From Capsulimonadales bacterium (GTDB taxonomy: Bacteria; Armatimonadota; Armatimonadia; Armatimonadales; Armatimonadaceae): 64,000 nt of DNA. The DNA is taken from positions 35,813 to 99,812 of the forward strand of contig JANRLW010000090.1 in assembly GCA_033762295.1 (NCBI GenBank), in the 5' to 3' direction. Made by a program: the position numbers and the translations under genes. Positions 1-8,284 of the stretch are shown here, piece after piece (position 1 is the stretch's first letter; each line of letters starts with the position of its first letter). The notes beneath the pieces were generated by a model. That model made no database searches. It saw only the letters and a list, made by a program, of their open reading frames with translations, and was not told the origin of the DNA.

Positions 1-746
1 AGGCCATCGGTCATGCTCTCCACCAGACGATCCCGTGCGACCGGCGCGAGATCAAACAGGCCCCGGTGCGATAAGGCGAGCAGAATCCAGAGGCCGCTGA
101 TGCCGAAAAAGAACGGTGTGGGGTCCACCCCCGGTATCGGAAACTTCCCTGACAGATAGACGATATTGCCGATAAACGGGAAGAAAATCCCAAGAAGAAT
201 GGCGAACGTTTGTTGTTTGTACAGGGTATGCTGTCGAACGACGCCACGAACGAGCATAATCGTCCCCGAGACGAGGAGGATGTAGCCGTAAAAGGCAAAA
301 ACCCAGAAGACCGGCCCGTGTTCGTAAATGAGGGAGCTGTTCGGGGCGGAGGTTCGGGGAACGACGGTGGGCCAGACCAGGCGATGGGAGTCGTTCGTCA
401 GGACGGCGACAATGGTCAGTACGGGCAGCATGAAGAACAGAGGAAGCAGCGAATTACGGACCGTCCGGATGCGTTCCTGGTAGCGCAGGGCAAAAATGAA
501 CCAGAAGACCGGCAGGGTGGCGATACCGAAGTAGGCCATCTTGGAGCAGAAAATCTTATCAGGGGCGGACGGGACCAGGGTTTCCGCGGCCTGGGCCAGT
601 GTCCAGATCGTACAGGAAATGAGGGCAAGCGTAAACCACTGGCTGCCGGGCGTCAGACGACGACGCCAGGAGAGAAGCGCCGCGACGACACAGAGGGTCG
701 CCGCACCGCATAGCGCGACGACTTCCGGACGAAACAGGGTATTCAT
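1..746 (-). CDS. HisKA_7TM-type membrane sensor protein, N-terminal part only (runs off the left edge; absent from the ORF track)
   Basis: Hand translation from ATG 746 (purine-rich RBS): MNTLFRPEVVALCGAATLC...IWTLAQAAE...KMAYFGIATLPVFWFIFALRY...HGPVFWVFAFYGY...GVDPTPFFFGISG...GLFDLAPVARDRLVESMTDG. This is a multi-TM 7TM sensor followed by the start of a PAS-like segment. Confidence 0.85.
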   Translation of the reverse strand, partial: MNTLFRPEVVALCGAATLCVVAALLSWRRRLTPGSQWFTLALISCTIWTLAQAAETLVPSAPDKIFCSKMAYFGIATLPVFWFIFALRYQERIRTVRNSLLPLFFMLPVLTIVAVLTNDSHRLVWPTVVPRTSAPNSSLIYEHGPVFWVFAFYGYILLVSGTIMLVRGVVRQHTLYKQQTFAILLGIFFPFIGNIVYLSGKFPIPGVDPTPFFFGISGLWILLALSHRGLFDLAPVARDRLVESMTDG

Positions 747-898
747 CCCTTTTCCCTTCGGGCATCCGATGGATTGGCCGGAACCACGAACATGGTGACG
801 AACGCTTTCTCCCCCTTCTATTTTTACAGGTTTCGCGAATTTCGATAGGGTGGTTTCGGGGAATCGGGCGAAACGGGGAGCGCGATTTGCCCGGTCGG

Positions 899-1603
899 TT
901 AACCGGTTCGGTTCAGGAGAACGCCCTGGATCCAGTCGTGGATCAGAAAGTGAATCCGACCGATCAGGAGGGACATCCGCGCCATGATGGTCGAACCGAA
1001 AATCGCACCGAAGGCGAACATCAGCAGAAACCGCCCGATACGGGCGATGGCCGGTGTGATCTTTCCTTTCTGTTCGAACGAGAAGAAGAAGTAGGTCATC
1101 ACCGAAACCAGAATCGCGAGAAAAAGAAGGTTGTTGAGGACCGCGGAGAAGGGAGTCAGAAAGTAGGCGGTCGGCGCGGCGGCCTCGGGCGGGTTCAGGA
1201 GCGGCATATTGACGGCGGCGCGAATCTGCGGAAAATAGAAGGCCGCGAACCCCTGGAAGGCACGTCCCGCCGCCGCGCCGAAGAACAGCCCGAAGATCAG
1301 GCGGCTGAGCCAGGCGTGTTTTTTGGAGTAGATGAAATAGAACAGCAGGCCGGCGGGGACGGCGAACGCCCACCACCACATCCCTTTGGTGGTCATCGGC
1401 TCCCACCACCGTGGCTTCAGGACGTCGTTCCAGGTCGTGTAGATGGTATAACCCGTCGCCAGACCGATGAACAGGTGCTCGAAAAAGCGAAAGACCTTGT
1501 TTTCCTTGTATAAGACCGAATAGATGCCGAGGGTGCAAAGAGCGGCCAGCCAGACCGAGATCACCTTGATAAGGGGGGCGTTGTCAAAGAGGCCCATGGT
1601 CAC
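899..1603 (-). CDS. Conserved multi-pass membrane protein, last gene of the DUF6754-like operon
   Basis: About 6 hydrophobic helices; motifs YKENKVFRFFEHLFIG and FGAIFGSTIMARMSLLIGR; start overlaps the upstream stop. Confidence 0.8.
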   Translation of the reverse strand: MTMGLFDNAPLIKVISVWLAALCTLGIYSVLYKENKVFRFFEHLFIGLATGYTIYTTWNDVLKPRWWEPMTTKGMWWWAFAVPAGLLFYFIYSKKHAWLSRLIFGLFFGAAAGRAFQGFAAFYFPQIRAAVNMPLLNPPEAAAPTAYFLTPFSAVLNNLLFLAILVSVMTYFFFSFEQKGKITPAIARIGRFLLMFAFGAIFGSTIMARMSLLIGRIHFLIHDWIQGVLLNRTG

Positions 1604-2481
1604 TCCTCCTCTCGCAGACGCGCCAGCCGACGTTGTGCGAACATCCCGGCGTTCCCAAGGGCGATCAGCAGGACGATCAGCAACTGGGAGTAGGAAAGCG
1701 GCGCGGAGACACCGGAACCGAACCCCGGCTCGTTGAGCAACTGTTCGTACTCGGTCGCGCCGTTCAGCCCGGCCAGCATGCCGCTCAACTGGCCGGACGC
1801 GAGCAGCGGGAAGGCCTCGGGCGCCATGACGTTGGTGGGGCAGTAGAGGGTCGGAATCGGTTCCTCGCCGACGCGCTGAAAGAACGCGATCCAGAGCTGC
1901 AGGGTATTGGAGGAGGCGACCTCGACAATCATACCGATATCGTTGACCGTGCGAATCCCCTGCATCACCGGGATCTCCGCGAGCGGCGTCCCGTTGATAT
2001 CGTTGCCGAAGTTGCCGGGGATATCCCGAACGGCGGCTTTAAGCAGCGGCTCGACCGAGTCGGGCGGACGGAAGCCGAAGTGGACATAATCCCGCCCGTA
2101 TTCGTAACCGTAGCGCGAGGCGAGTTTCTCGGCGGAAGCTTTGCCGAGTTCGCGGCCCTGCGGCGTCGAGAAGGCGAAAAGCGCGAATTTCAACCGCTTT
2201 CGCATCAGGTGGTGCAGCACCGCCTCGGTCTGCGTCTGGTTCTCCGCCGAGGTGCCCGAACCGTAGTTGGTACAGAGGATCACGAGTTTGTGTCGCCGGG
2301 CCGGGTCATCGGCGAACTGCTCGACGGTCCGGAAGAACTGGCGCGACTGCGGGGTGATCGCGACGGGCGGGACCGGAAGACGAATGACCATCGGCAGGGC
2401 GACGGTCGCCGCCAGCAGGAGATACAAAACGCGGCGGTCGATCCGCTGTCCGCGCACCAGAAGAACCAGAAGGGGGCGCAT
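1600..2481 (-). CDS. Membrane-anchored conserved hypothetical protein (TM - soluble alpha/beta domain - TM)
   Basis: IDRRVLYLLL TM; motifs YGRDYVHFG and SGQLSGMLAGLNGATEYE; C-terminal TM. Confidence 0.8.
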   Translation of the reverse strand: MRPLLVLLVRGQRIDRRVLYLLLAATVALPMVIRLPVPPVAITPQSRQFFRTVEQFADDPARRHKLVILCTNYGSGTSAENQTQTEAVLHHLMRKRLKFALFAFSTPQGRELGKASAEKLASRYGYEYGRDYVHFGFRPPDSVEPLLKAAVRDIPGNFGNDINGTPLAEIPVMQGIRTVNDIGMIVEVASSNTLQLWIAFFQRVGEEPIPTLYCPTNVMAPEAFPLLASGQLSGMLAGLNGATEYEQLLNEPGFGSGVSAPLSYSQLLIVLLIALGNAGMFAQRRLARLREEE

Positions 2482-2484
2482 TCC

Positions 2485-3294
2485 TTACACCTCCTCCTCG
2501 AAGTACGACCCCTGTTCCAGCGAGAGCCAGAGTCGCAGGGAGGTCGCCAGCGCGCCGATCCCGATCCCGAGTTCGATCGCCAGAACGGCGGGCGCATTGA
2601 CCCGCGTCAGAATCCAGTTCCGGAGGATCTCCAGCCGGAAGTTCGCGGCGAACCCTTCGGCGGGCAGCCAGGAGGTCAGGGCCTGACCGACGGCGATCTG
2701 TCCCAGAATCACCACCAGGGCCGAGCAGAGAAGAATGGTCGCCTCGACGGATCGGGCGCGGAACGCCCGGTAGGCGGCGGACACGATATAAAACGCGACA
2801 ATGGAGAACATGGCGGCGTTCAGCGCATTGAATCCCCCGTCGTAGGCCAGCGTATACAGGCCGCGGGCGACCGTGTTCTCCCGGTCGTACTCCTTCCAGA
2901 GGGCGGGGACGGCAATCGCCAGGATCGAACCGACAAGGACAACGGAAAATCCCCACCCCTGCCGACGACGGGCGATGGCGCGCAGGTGAACGTTCAGCAG
3001 GGAGTAGATGCCGACACCGAGGGCGAACGCCTGCAGGACGGTCGTCATATCGGAGACCGGCTTCAGGTACGGGGTCAGAAAGTTTTTTCCGATGTTGTCG
3101 CCCGAGGTCGCGACCGGCCAGAAAAACTCCGCCGCGAAAAAGAGACCGGCGAGAAAGGTGACGGCCGCGATCAGAGGCTTGCGGGCGCGCGGCGGGGCAA
3201 GCGTCAGCAGGAACAGGCAGAGGCCGCCGAACAGCAACGCGCCGACGATGAACAGCCAGAGGAGGGGGCCGGACTGCGGGACGAAAAGGCCCAT
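2485..3294 (-). CDS. Multi-pass membrane protein of the DUF6754-like operon
   Basis: Start moved to ATG 3294, next to the upstream stop; motifs AMFSIVAFYIVSAAYRAFRARSVEATILL and LRLWLSLE. Confidence 0.8.
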   Translation of the reverse strand: MGLFVPQSGPLLWLFIVGALLFGGLCLFLLTLAPPRARKPLIAAVTFLAGLFFAAEFFWPVATSGDNIGKNFLTPYLKPVSDMTTVLQAFALGVGIYSLLNVHLRAIARRRQGWGFSVVLVGSILAIAVPALWKEYDRENTVARGLYTLAYDGGFNALNAAMFSIVAFYIVSAAYRAFRARSVEATILLCSALVVILGQIAVGQALTSWLPAEGFAANFRLEILRNWILTRVNAPAVLAIELGIGIGALATSLRLWLSLEQGSYFEEEV

Positions 3295-3295
3295 C

Positions 3296-4108
3296 TCAGC
3301 GGCCCTCCGGCGTGGGCAGAAAATAGGCCGCGAGCGAGGCCAGATCCCGGTCGGAAAAGAGGTTCCGGACGACCGGCACATTCGCCGTCAGCAGGACCGC
3401 TCCGACCAGGATCAGGGCGAGCAGAAGCCCCTTGACCAGGTCCTGACCGGCGAGCGACCCCATCAGGGTCGGCTGTCGGGTGAGATAGGCGGTCGCACCG
3501 TAAAATTCGTCGCCGATGATGACATAATCGCACGACACGATGAAGAAGGGGATCTGGGTCGTGGACGGGGTTCCGGCGACCTGGATCGCACCGACCTGGT
3601 TGGCGTTCTCGGCGATAATCAACGATTCGGCGAAGAAGGTTCCGAAAAGGAAGGTCGCGGCCACCCTTTCCCGCTGAATGATACCGGCGATTCCGGCGGC
3701 GTAGGCGAACTGCTCACCCGAAAGGAACAGAATATCCTCTTCGTGAAAGGCGTCCGGCCGTCCGGCGGCGTTGTAAGCGTTTCGAATGGCGTCCTCGGCG
3801 ACCGGCACCAGGGCGGCGTTACGCACCGGGAGCAGCAGGCGACTGCCGAACCGCGCGGCGACCGCGGCGACATTGGTCACGATCGCCAGCGCCTGCAGGG
3901 TGACGATGTCAATGCCGCCAAGACCGACGGAGGACAGGATCGGTCGGCCCATTTCGACCGCGCGCCCGACGGCTTCGTCGATGGCGGTCAGGCCGGGGAT
4001 ACGACGAATGAACGGTCGGTGTCCCCGTTGCGCGCGAATCACCTGCCAGACGATGATGATGGAAAAGGTCAGCAGAATCCAGCGTGTCGGGCCGGTGGCG
4101 TGTTCCAT
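3296..4108 (-). CDS. DUF6754-like membrane protein
   Basis: Motifs IRRIPGLTAIDEAVGRAVEMGRP, QFAYAAG, FFAESLIIAE, QIPFFIVSCDYVIIGDEFYGATAYL. Confidence 0.8.
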   Translation of the reverse strand: MEHATGPTRWILLTFSIIIVWQVIRAQRGHRPFIRRIPGLTAIDEAVGRAVEMGRPILSSVGLGGIDIVTLQALAIVTNVAAVAARFGSRLLLPVRNAALVPVAEDAIRNAYNAAGRPDAFHEEDILFLSGEQFAYAAGIAGIIQRERVAATFLFGTFFAESLIIAENANQVGAIQVAGTPSTTQIPFFIVSCDYVIIGDEFYGATAYLTRQPTLMGSLAGQDLVKGLLLALILVGAVLLTANVPVVRNLFSDRDLASLAAYFLPTPEGR

Positions 4109-4109
4109 G

Positions 4110-4409
4110 TCAGGCGGTCTCCGTTTCCGGGCGGGCGGACTCGATGCGGGCGATCAGTTCGTCGGTGACCCCCGGCTCGGCGAGGAGACGTCCGACCTCC
4201 TGTAATCGATCGATGCCGATCAGGGGAGCCAGCAGCGGCGCGAACGGAATCAGCGCCTGAGAGGCGATGAAGGCGAACGGGCGGTTGAGTTCCAGGGCGA
4301 GGACGGCGGGGGTCTCCAGTCCGCGTCGGCGAATCGCTTCGGCGACGGATCGGAGCAGGCGTTCCCGCCGATCGGGCGGCAACGGTTCGTTCCAGCGTTC
4401 GAGTGACAT
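4110..4409 (-). CDS. Small conserved hypothetical protein (99 aa)
   Basis: ATG overlaps the upstream TGA (TGATG); MSLERWNEP...GLETPAVLALELNRPFAFIASQALIPFAPLLAPLIG. Confidence 0.75.
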   Translation of the reverse strand: MSLERWNEPLPPDRRERLLRSVAEAIRRRGLETPAVLALELNRPFAFIASQALIPFAPLLAPLIGIDRLQEVGRLLAEPGVTDELIARIESARPETETA

Positions 4410-4891
4410 CAGGCGGCTCCTTGTTTGCGCCCTTCCGCTCTCAGGGAGCGAACGAGTTCGGTCACTTCGTCGGCGTTGTCGGCGAAACGCAGGCGGACGC
4501 CCCGAAAGGCTTCCAGTCGGGACGGCGCGGCGAACGGCGACAGGTAGAGGCCGTCCCGACCCTTTGTGGCCCGCCGTACGTCGGTCCAGGCGATAAACCA
4601 GCGGGACAATCCGCAGTCGGCGTGCGCTCCCAGATCGGTCAGACGAAAGCGGATCGGCAGGAGGTAATCGCTGAGCGCGGCCAGCAGGCAGAGGACGGGC
4701 ACCGGCAGGAGGACCGGATGCGGGAGAACCAGCCACCAGACACTGACCGCCCCGGCGATCGCGACGGCAACGAGCGGGATCGGATGCGGGTCTTCCTGCA
4801 ATCGATGGATCTCCCAGGCGAGGTAAACGGTTTCGCCCGTCGGGCGGACGGGCGGGAGGGGGCCGGAGGTTCTCTGGAGGTCGAAAGGCAT
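4409..4891 (-). CDS. Two-TM membrane protein with a small soluble C-terminal domain
   Basis: Two hydrophobic segments, then YLLPIRFRLT...LSPFAAPSRLEAFRGVRLRF; start uncertain (4891 or 4963). Confidence 0.7.
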   Translation of the reverse strand: MPFDLQRTSGPLPPVRPTGETVYLAWEIHRLQEDPHPIPLVAVAIAGAVSVWWLVLPHPVLLPVPVLCLLAALSDYLLPIRFRLTDLGAHADCGLSRWFIAWTDVRRATKGRDGLYLSPFAAPSRLEAFRGVRLRFADNADEVTELVRSLRAEGRKQGAA

Positions 4892-4977
4892 TTTTCGGCA
4901 GGCGAGATGGCGATTTCGTGATCCGGCGGCGTTGCCGGTAACGGGCAAGCCCGTTTGCATCATTCGGAGGATGTCGC

Positions 4978-5007
4978 ATTATAGGGGCAACCGCGAAACG
5001 GTGTCAA
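4978..5007 (-). promoter_or_regulatory. Consensus sigma70 promoter TTGACA-N18-TATAAT for the six-gene membrane operon
   Basis: Plus strand shows ATTATA at 4978-4983 and TGTCAA at 5002-5007. Confidence 0.8.
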
Positions 5008-5059
5008 GTGATCCGGCGAAAACCGGCGGGTTGCATCGGAAATCGCGTAAAATAGGAAC

Positions 5060-5557
5060 ATGACACCATCCGTTCCCCCTGTTCCGGAGCGTGCGAGCGA
5101 CGAGGATTTCGCCCGATACGAACGAATCGCCCCGCTTATTGAGGGGTTGGAAACGCGTTTCCCGCGCCAGAGTCGTTACAACACCATGCTGCCGGGCCTT
5201 TATGCGATCAGCGCGCTTCTCAGTATCCTTCCGATCGTGATCACGGTCGTGTCGCTGGTCGCCCTTTGGATCGGGTTTCGGAAGGAACCGAGCGTCTCAA
5301 AACTGACGTCCATTGTCGGTATTTTGCCCTGGGTGGGGCTGACCGCGTTTCTTCTGGTGATGCCTGTGCGGTTTTTTCTCGGAAGCCTGGGGCCATGGCT
5401 GCGAAGGAAAATCCCCTCGGTGCGTCGGGTCGATGCCGAACGAGCGGCGAACGCGGCGGGTATTGGCGAACGGCCGCGCCCTGTCCGGGACCGCCGACAA
5501 TGGAAAGTTGCCGACCTCGATGAATCCCACCGACGGATACGCGTCGGAGAGAAGTGA
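5060..5557 (+). CDS. Hypothetical two-TM membrane protein
   Basis: Two hydrophobic helices; TAAAAT 6 nt before the ATG. Confidence 0.6.
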   Translation: MTPSVPPVPERASDEDFARYERIAPLIEGLETRFPRQSRYNTMLPGLYAISALLSILPIVITVVSLVALWIGFRKEPSVSKLTSIVGILPWVGLTAFLLVMPVRFFLGSLGPWLRRKIPSVRRVDAERAANAAGIGERPRPVRDRRQWKVADLDESHRRIRVGEK

Positions 5558-5638
5558 AATACCCCATACGTTCCGGTATCGTTAGGGCAGCCTATTTTTG
5601 TCTGCAAGGGAAAGGTATAACGTGTGCGGAGGCGTACC

Positions 5639-6499
5639 GTGACGAACCCGTTTGATCTTGCCCTTACCGACGAACCTCAGGCTCTGCATCGCATCGACGA
5701 CGACCAGCATCGCCTGACCGCGGTCACCTTCGATCACCCGGCGCACTGGCAGGCCGAAAGCGCCGTCCGCTGGAACTTTCAGCACCATCGTCTGCCGGTT
5801 CGGATGAGTGCGCGGACTTTCGACCCGCTGTCCGGGTGGACGCTGGAGTTCTTTCCGGTCGAACTGTTTTGCTGGATCGAACCCTCGGTCGGGTCCGGCG
5901 AAGAGGGGCAGGAAGCGGGGGGCGGCGCGATCCTTCTGCGTCCTCTGTCGGCGGCGGACGCCCTCACCCGTTTCGTCCTTCCCCGACTTCGTCGCGACCG
6001 TCCCGATGCGGGAATCCTCGGTATCTTTCCCCTGCCGCACCTCGCGCAGATGCTCCGGGTCGCGACTCCGGCGGGCGCGTTCCATGAAGGCGTCTGCGTC
6101 CGTATCGGTTATTATGAGAACGGTCGGGCGATGGAGGAGGAGTTTTACGGTTTGAAGGTGGCGTACGAGGGCGTTCCGTCCCACGGATTGGCGGGAACGC
6201 CGGTCCGGTACGACTGGGGGTTCGAACGGCTTTTCGCCTTTCGCGTCCCGGTCGGGCAGATGGACGCCGCGCGGGAACGGTTCTGGCGCATTATCCGCTC
6301 GGTGAAGGTAAATCCGGCCTGGGAACAGGTTTTCGGGCAGGTCGTTCGCCAACTGGCGGGTCGGCCCGGCGGGTCGGTCATTTCAGCGCCGCCGCGACCG
6401 CCTCACGGGAGGCCGCAGATAGAGGATCGGCGTTCGGCAGACGAAGCAGGCGAAGCCGAAGAACGTGGGTCAGCGTTTCTCCCTGTTTCATGGCGGTGA
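5639..6499 (+). CDS. Hypothetical protein
   Basis: GGAGG RBS before GTG 5639; GC-biased codons; 3' end overlaps the convergent gene by 122 bp. Confidence 0.65.
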   Translation: MTNPFDLALTDEPQALHRIDDDQHRLTAVTFDHPAHWQAESAVRWNFQHHRLPVRMSARTFDPLSGWTLEFFPVELFCWIEPSVGSGEEGQEAGGGAILLRPLSAADALTRFVLPRLRRDRPDAGILGIFPLPHLAQMLRVATPAGAFHEGVCVRIGYYENGRAMEEEFYGLKVAYEGVPSHGLAGTPVRYDWGFERLFAFRVPVGQMDAARERFWRIIRSVKVNPAWEQVFGQVVRQLAGRPGGSVISAPPRPPHGRPQIEDRRSADEAGEAEERGSAFLPVSWR

Positions 6500-7379
6500 G
6501 TGGGGACATCACTTCGATCTCGTTGTACCGGGCCGGCGCGCTGTCCGCCCCGTTGTTCCAGACGGTGAGGGGGAAGCCGCTTCCTTCCGCGCCTTCCGGG
6601 TAGGGGGCGTCCTTCTTCTCGGAGCGCAGAATGATCGCCCGGTCACCCTTCACCCCTGCCGCGACGGATCGGGGGGCATCGATGCCGAACTTGTATCCGC
6701 CTGTGGGCGTCGGTCGGTACACCAGGAGCCGGTCCTCACCGATCTCGGTCGGGTGCGCCTCCTTCGGCGTTTTCCCGCCGAACCAGTAGCCGCCGTTTTT
6801 GTAGGGGCTGTCCGGGTTGACCGGCAGGTAGATCACGTCCGGTTGCGGCAACTGTACGACGTTCCAGGCGGCGATCTGGCGCGGTTCGCCGGTTTCCTTT
6901 TTCAGCACGGTGGTGATGACGAGTTCTCCGGTCGCGGGATCGAGCCGGAATTCCCGGGTCGCGCGGACGCCGAAACCCTCCATAACCGGACCGACGGTCC
7001 GCAGAATTCCGCCCGGCACGACCTCCGTCCGGTGCGGCATTCCGTCGTACGTGGGATGTGGGGGCCAGCCGGGACCGAACAGCGGCCACGCGCTCTGCAG
7101 GGCGGGCCACACCTTCTCCCCGCCCCAGTTCGCCCATTCGCCGGGGGGAAAAACCGTCCCGGACGGCGCGTTCCAGAGGGCGTTCGTCCCACCGACCATC
7201 CGATAGGTCATCAGGCGGCTGCTGAGCGAGGGGACGATGACGGCTTCCGTCCTGCCATCGGTAAGAAGGAAGGCTTCCCGACCGTTCCATTCCGTTTTTT
7301 TCGGCGCGTTCTGCGCCTCCGCCGACTCAACACCGGACATAAGCAGAACTCCCAGGGCGATGATCGCAAAAAACCGCAT
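6378..7379 (-). CDS. Secreted DUF4380-like / galactose-mutarotase-fold protein
   Basis: Signal peptide; WANWGGEKVWPALQ; YNEIEVMSPL. Confidence 0.7.
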   Translation of the reverse strand: MRFFAIIALGVLLMSGVESAEAQNAPKKTEWNGREAFLLTDGRTEAVIVPSLSSRLMTYRMVGGTNALWNAPSGTVFPPGEWANWGGEKVWPALQSAWPLFGPGWPPHPTYDGMPHRTEVVPGGILRTVGPVMEGFGVRATREFRLDPATGELVITTVLKKETGEPRQIAAWNVVQLPQPDVIYLPVNPDSPYKNGGYWFGGKTPKEAHPTEIGEDRLLVYRPTPTGGYKFGIDAPRSVAAGVKGDRAIILRSEKKDAPYPEGAEGSGFPLTVWNNGADSAPARYNEIEVMSPLTAMKQGETLTHVLRLRLLRLPNADPLSAASREAVAAALK

Positions 7380-7515
7380 CGTTTTTCTCTCCTTACGCTG
7401 AAATTCGCCGCAGGTTCGACAAAAGCCTTCTCCCGACGCTCCCGACGTCCGAAAGCAGGAAACCGGGGGCGCACGGAGGAAATCCTTTCCGAACCTTCAC
7501 CGTCAGGAGTCGAGC

Positions 7516-8280
7516 ATGTCCGATCGAAACATTATCTCCGTCAATCTGGGAAGTTATGGCCATTTCCGGGAAGGCGCGCTGGCGCATCTGGCCGAACTGG
7601 GCGTCCGGCACGTCGAGATCGGCGTTCCGAAACCCGAGGAGGTCGAGGAATGGACCGGGCGACTGACCGAATACGGTCTTTCGGCGACGACTCTGCAGTG
7701 TCCCTGCGATCTGTCCGAGGAACCGGAGACGATGCGTCCCTCTCTGGAAGTCGGGAAGGCGATGGGAGTCGGTATTTTCTTCGTGAGTGTCAAGGCGGGG
7801 GAGAAACTGACCAAACCGCAGGCGTACGACCGCCTCCGGGCGCGGGCCGAGATGGCCGATGAGTACGGCATTACCCTGGCGATGGAAACGCACCCGGACC
7901 TGGGCGAAAACTTCAACGAAGCGCGGGCGACGATCCATGCGGTCGCGCACCCCCGCCTCCGATGGAATCTGGATACGGCGAACCTCTATTATTATAACGC
8001 CAACATGGACGCGGTGGAAACGGCGAAGAAGGGAGCCTCCCTGATCGCCGCCGTCCACCTGAAGGATACCAACGGGGCGCAACGCTGCTGGTGGTTCCCT
8101 GCCCTCGGGGATGGCGTGGTGGATTTCGGCGGCGTGTTCGGCGTGCTGGGGGCGGTCGGGTTCCGCGGTCCCTACACCCTGGAACTCGAAGGGGTGGAAG
8201 GACGACCGCTTGACGAGGCCGGGACGAAGGACCAGGTAGCCCGCAGCATCGCCCATCTTCGCGCGCTTGGCGTCTTCTGA
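7516..8280 (+). CDS. Sugar phosphate isomerase/epimerase (xylose-isomerase-like TIM barrel)
   Basis: Metal-binding motifs AMETH, LDTAN, VHLKD, YTLELE. Confidence 0.85.
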   Translation: MSDRNIISVNLGSYGHFREGALAHLAELGVRHVEIGVPKPEEVEEWTGRLTEYGLSATTLQCPCDLSEEPETMRPSLEVGKAMGVGIFFVSVKAGEKLTKPQAYDRLRARAEMADEYGITLAMETHPDLGENFNEARATIHAVAHPRLRWNLDTANLYYYNANMDAVETAKKGASLIAAVHLKDTNGAQRCWWFPALGDGVVDFGGVFGVLGAVGFRGPYTLELEGVEGRPLDEAGTKDQVARSIAHLRALGVF

Positions 8281-8284
8281 CCGG

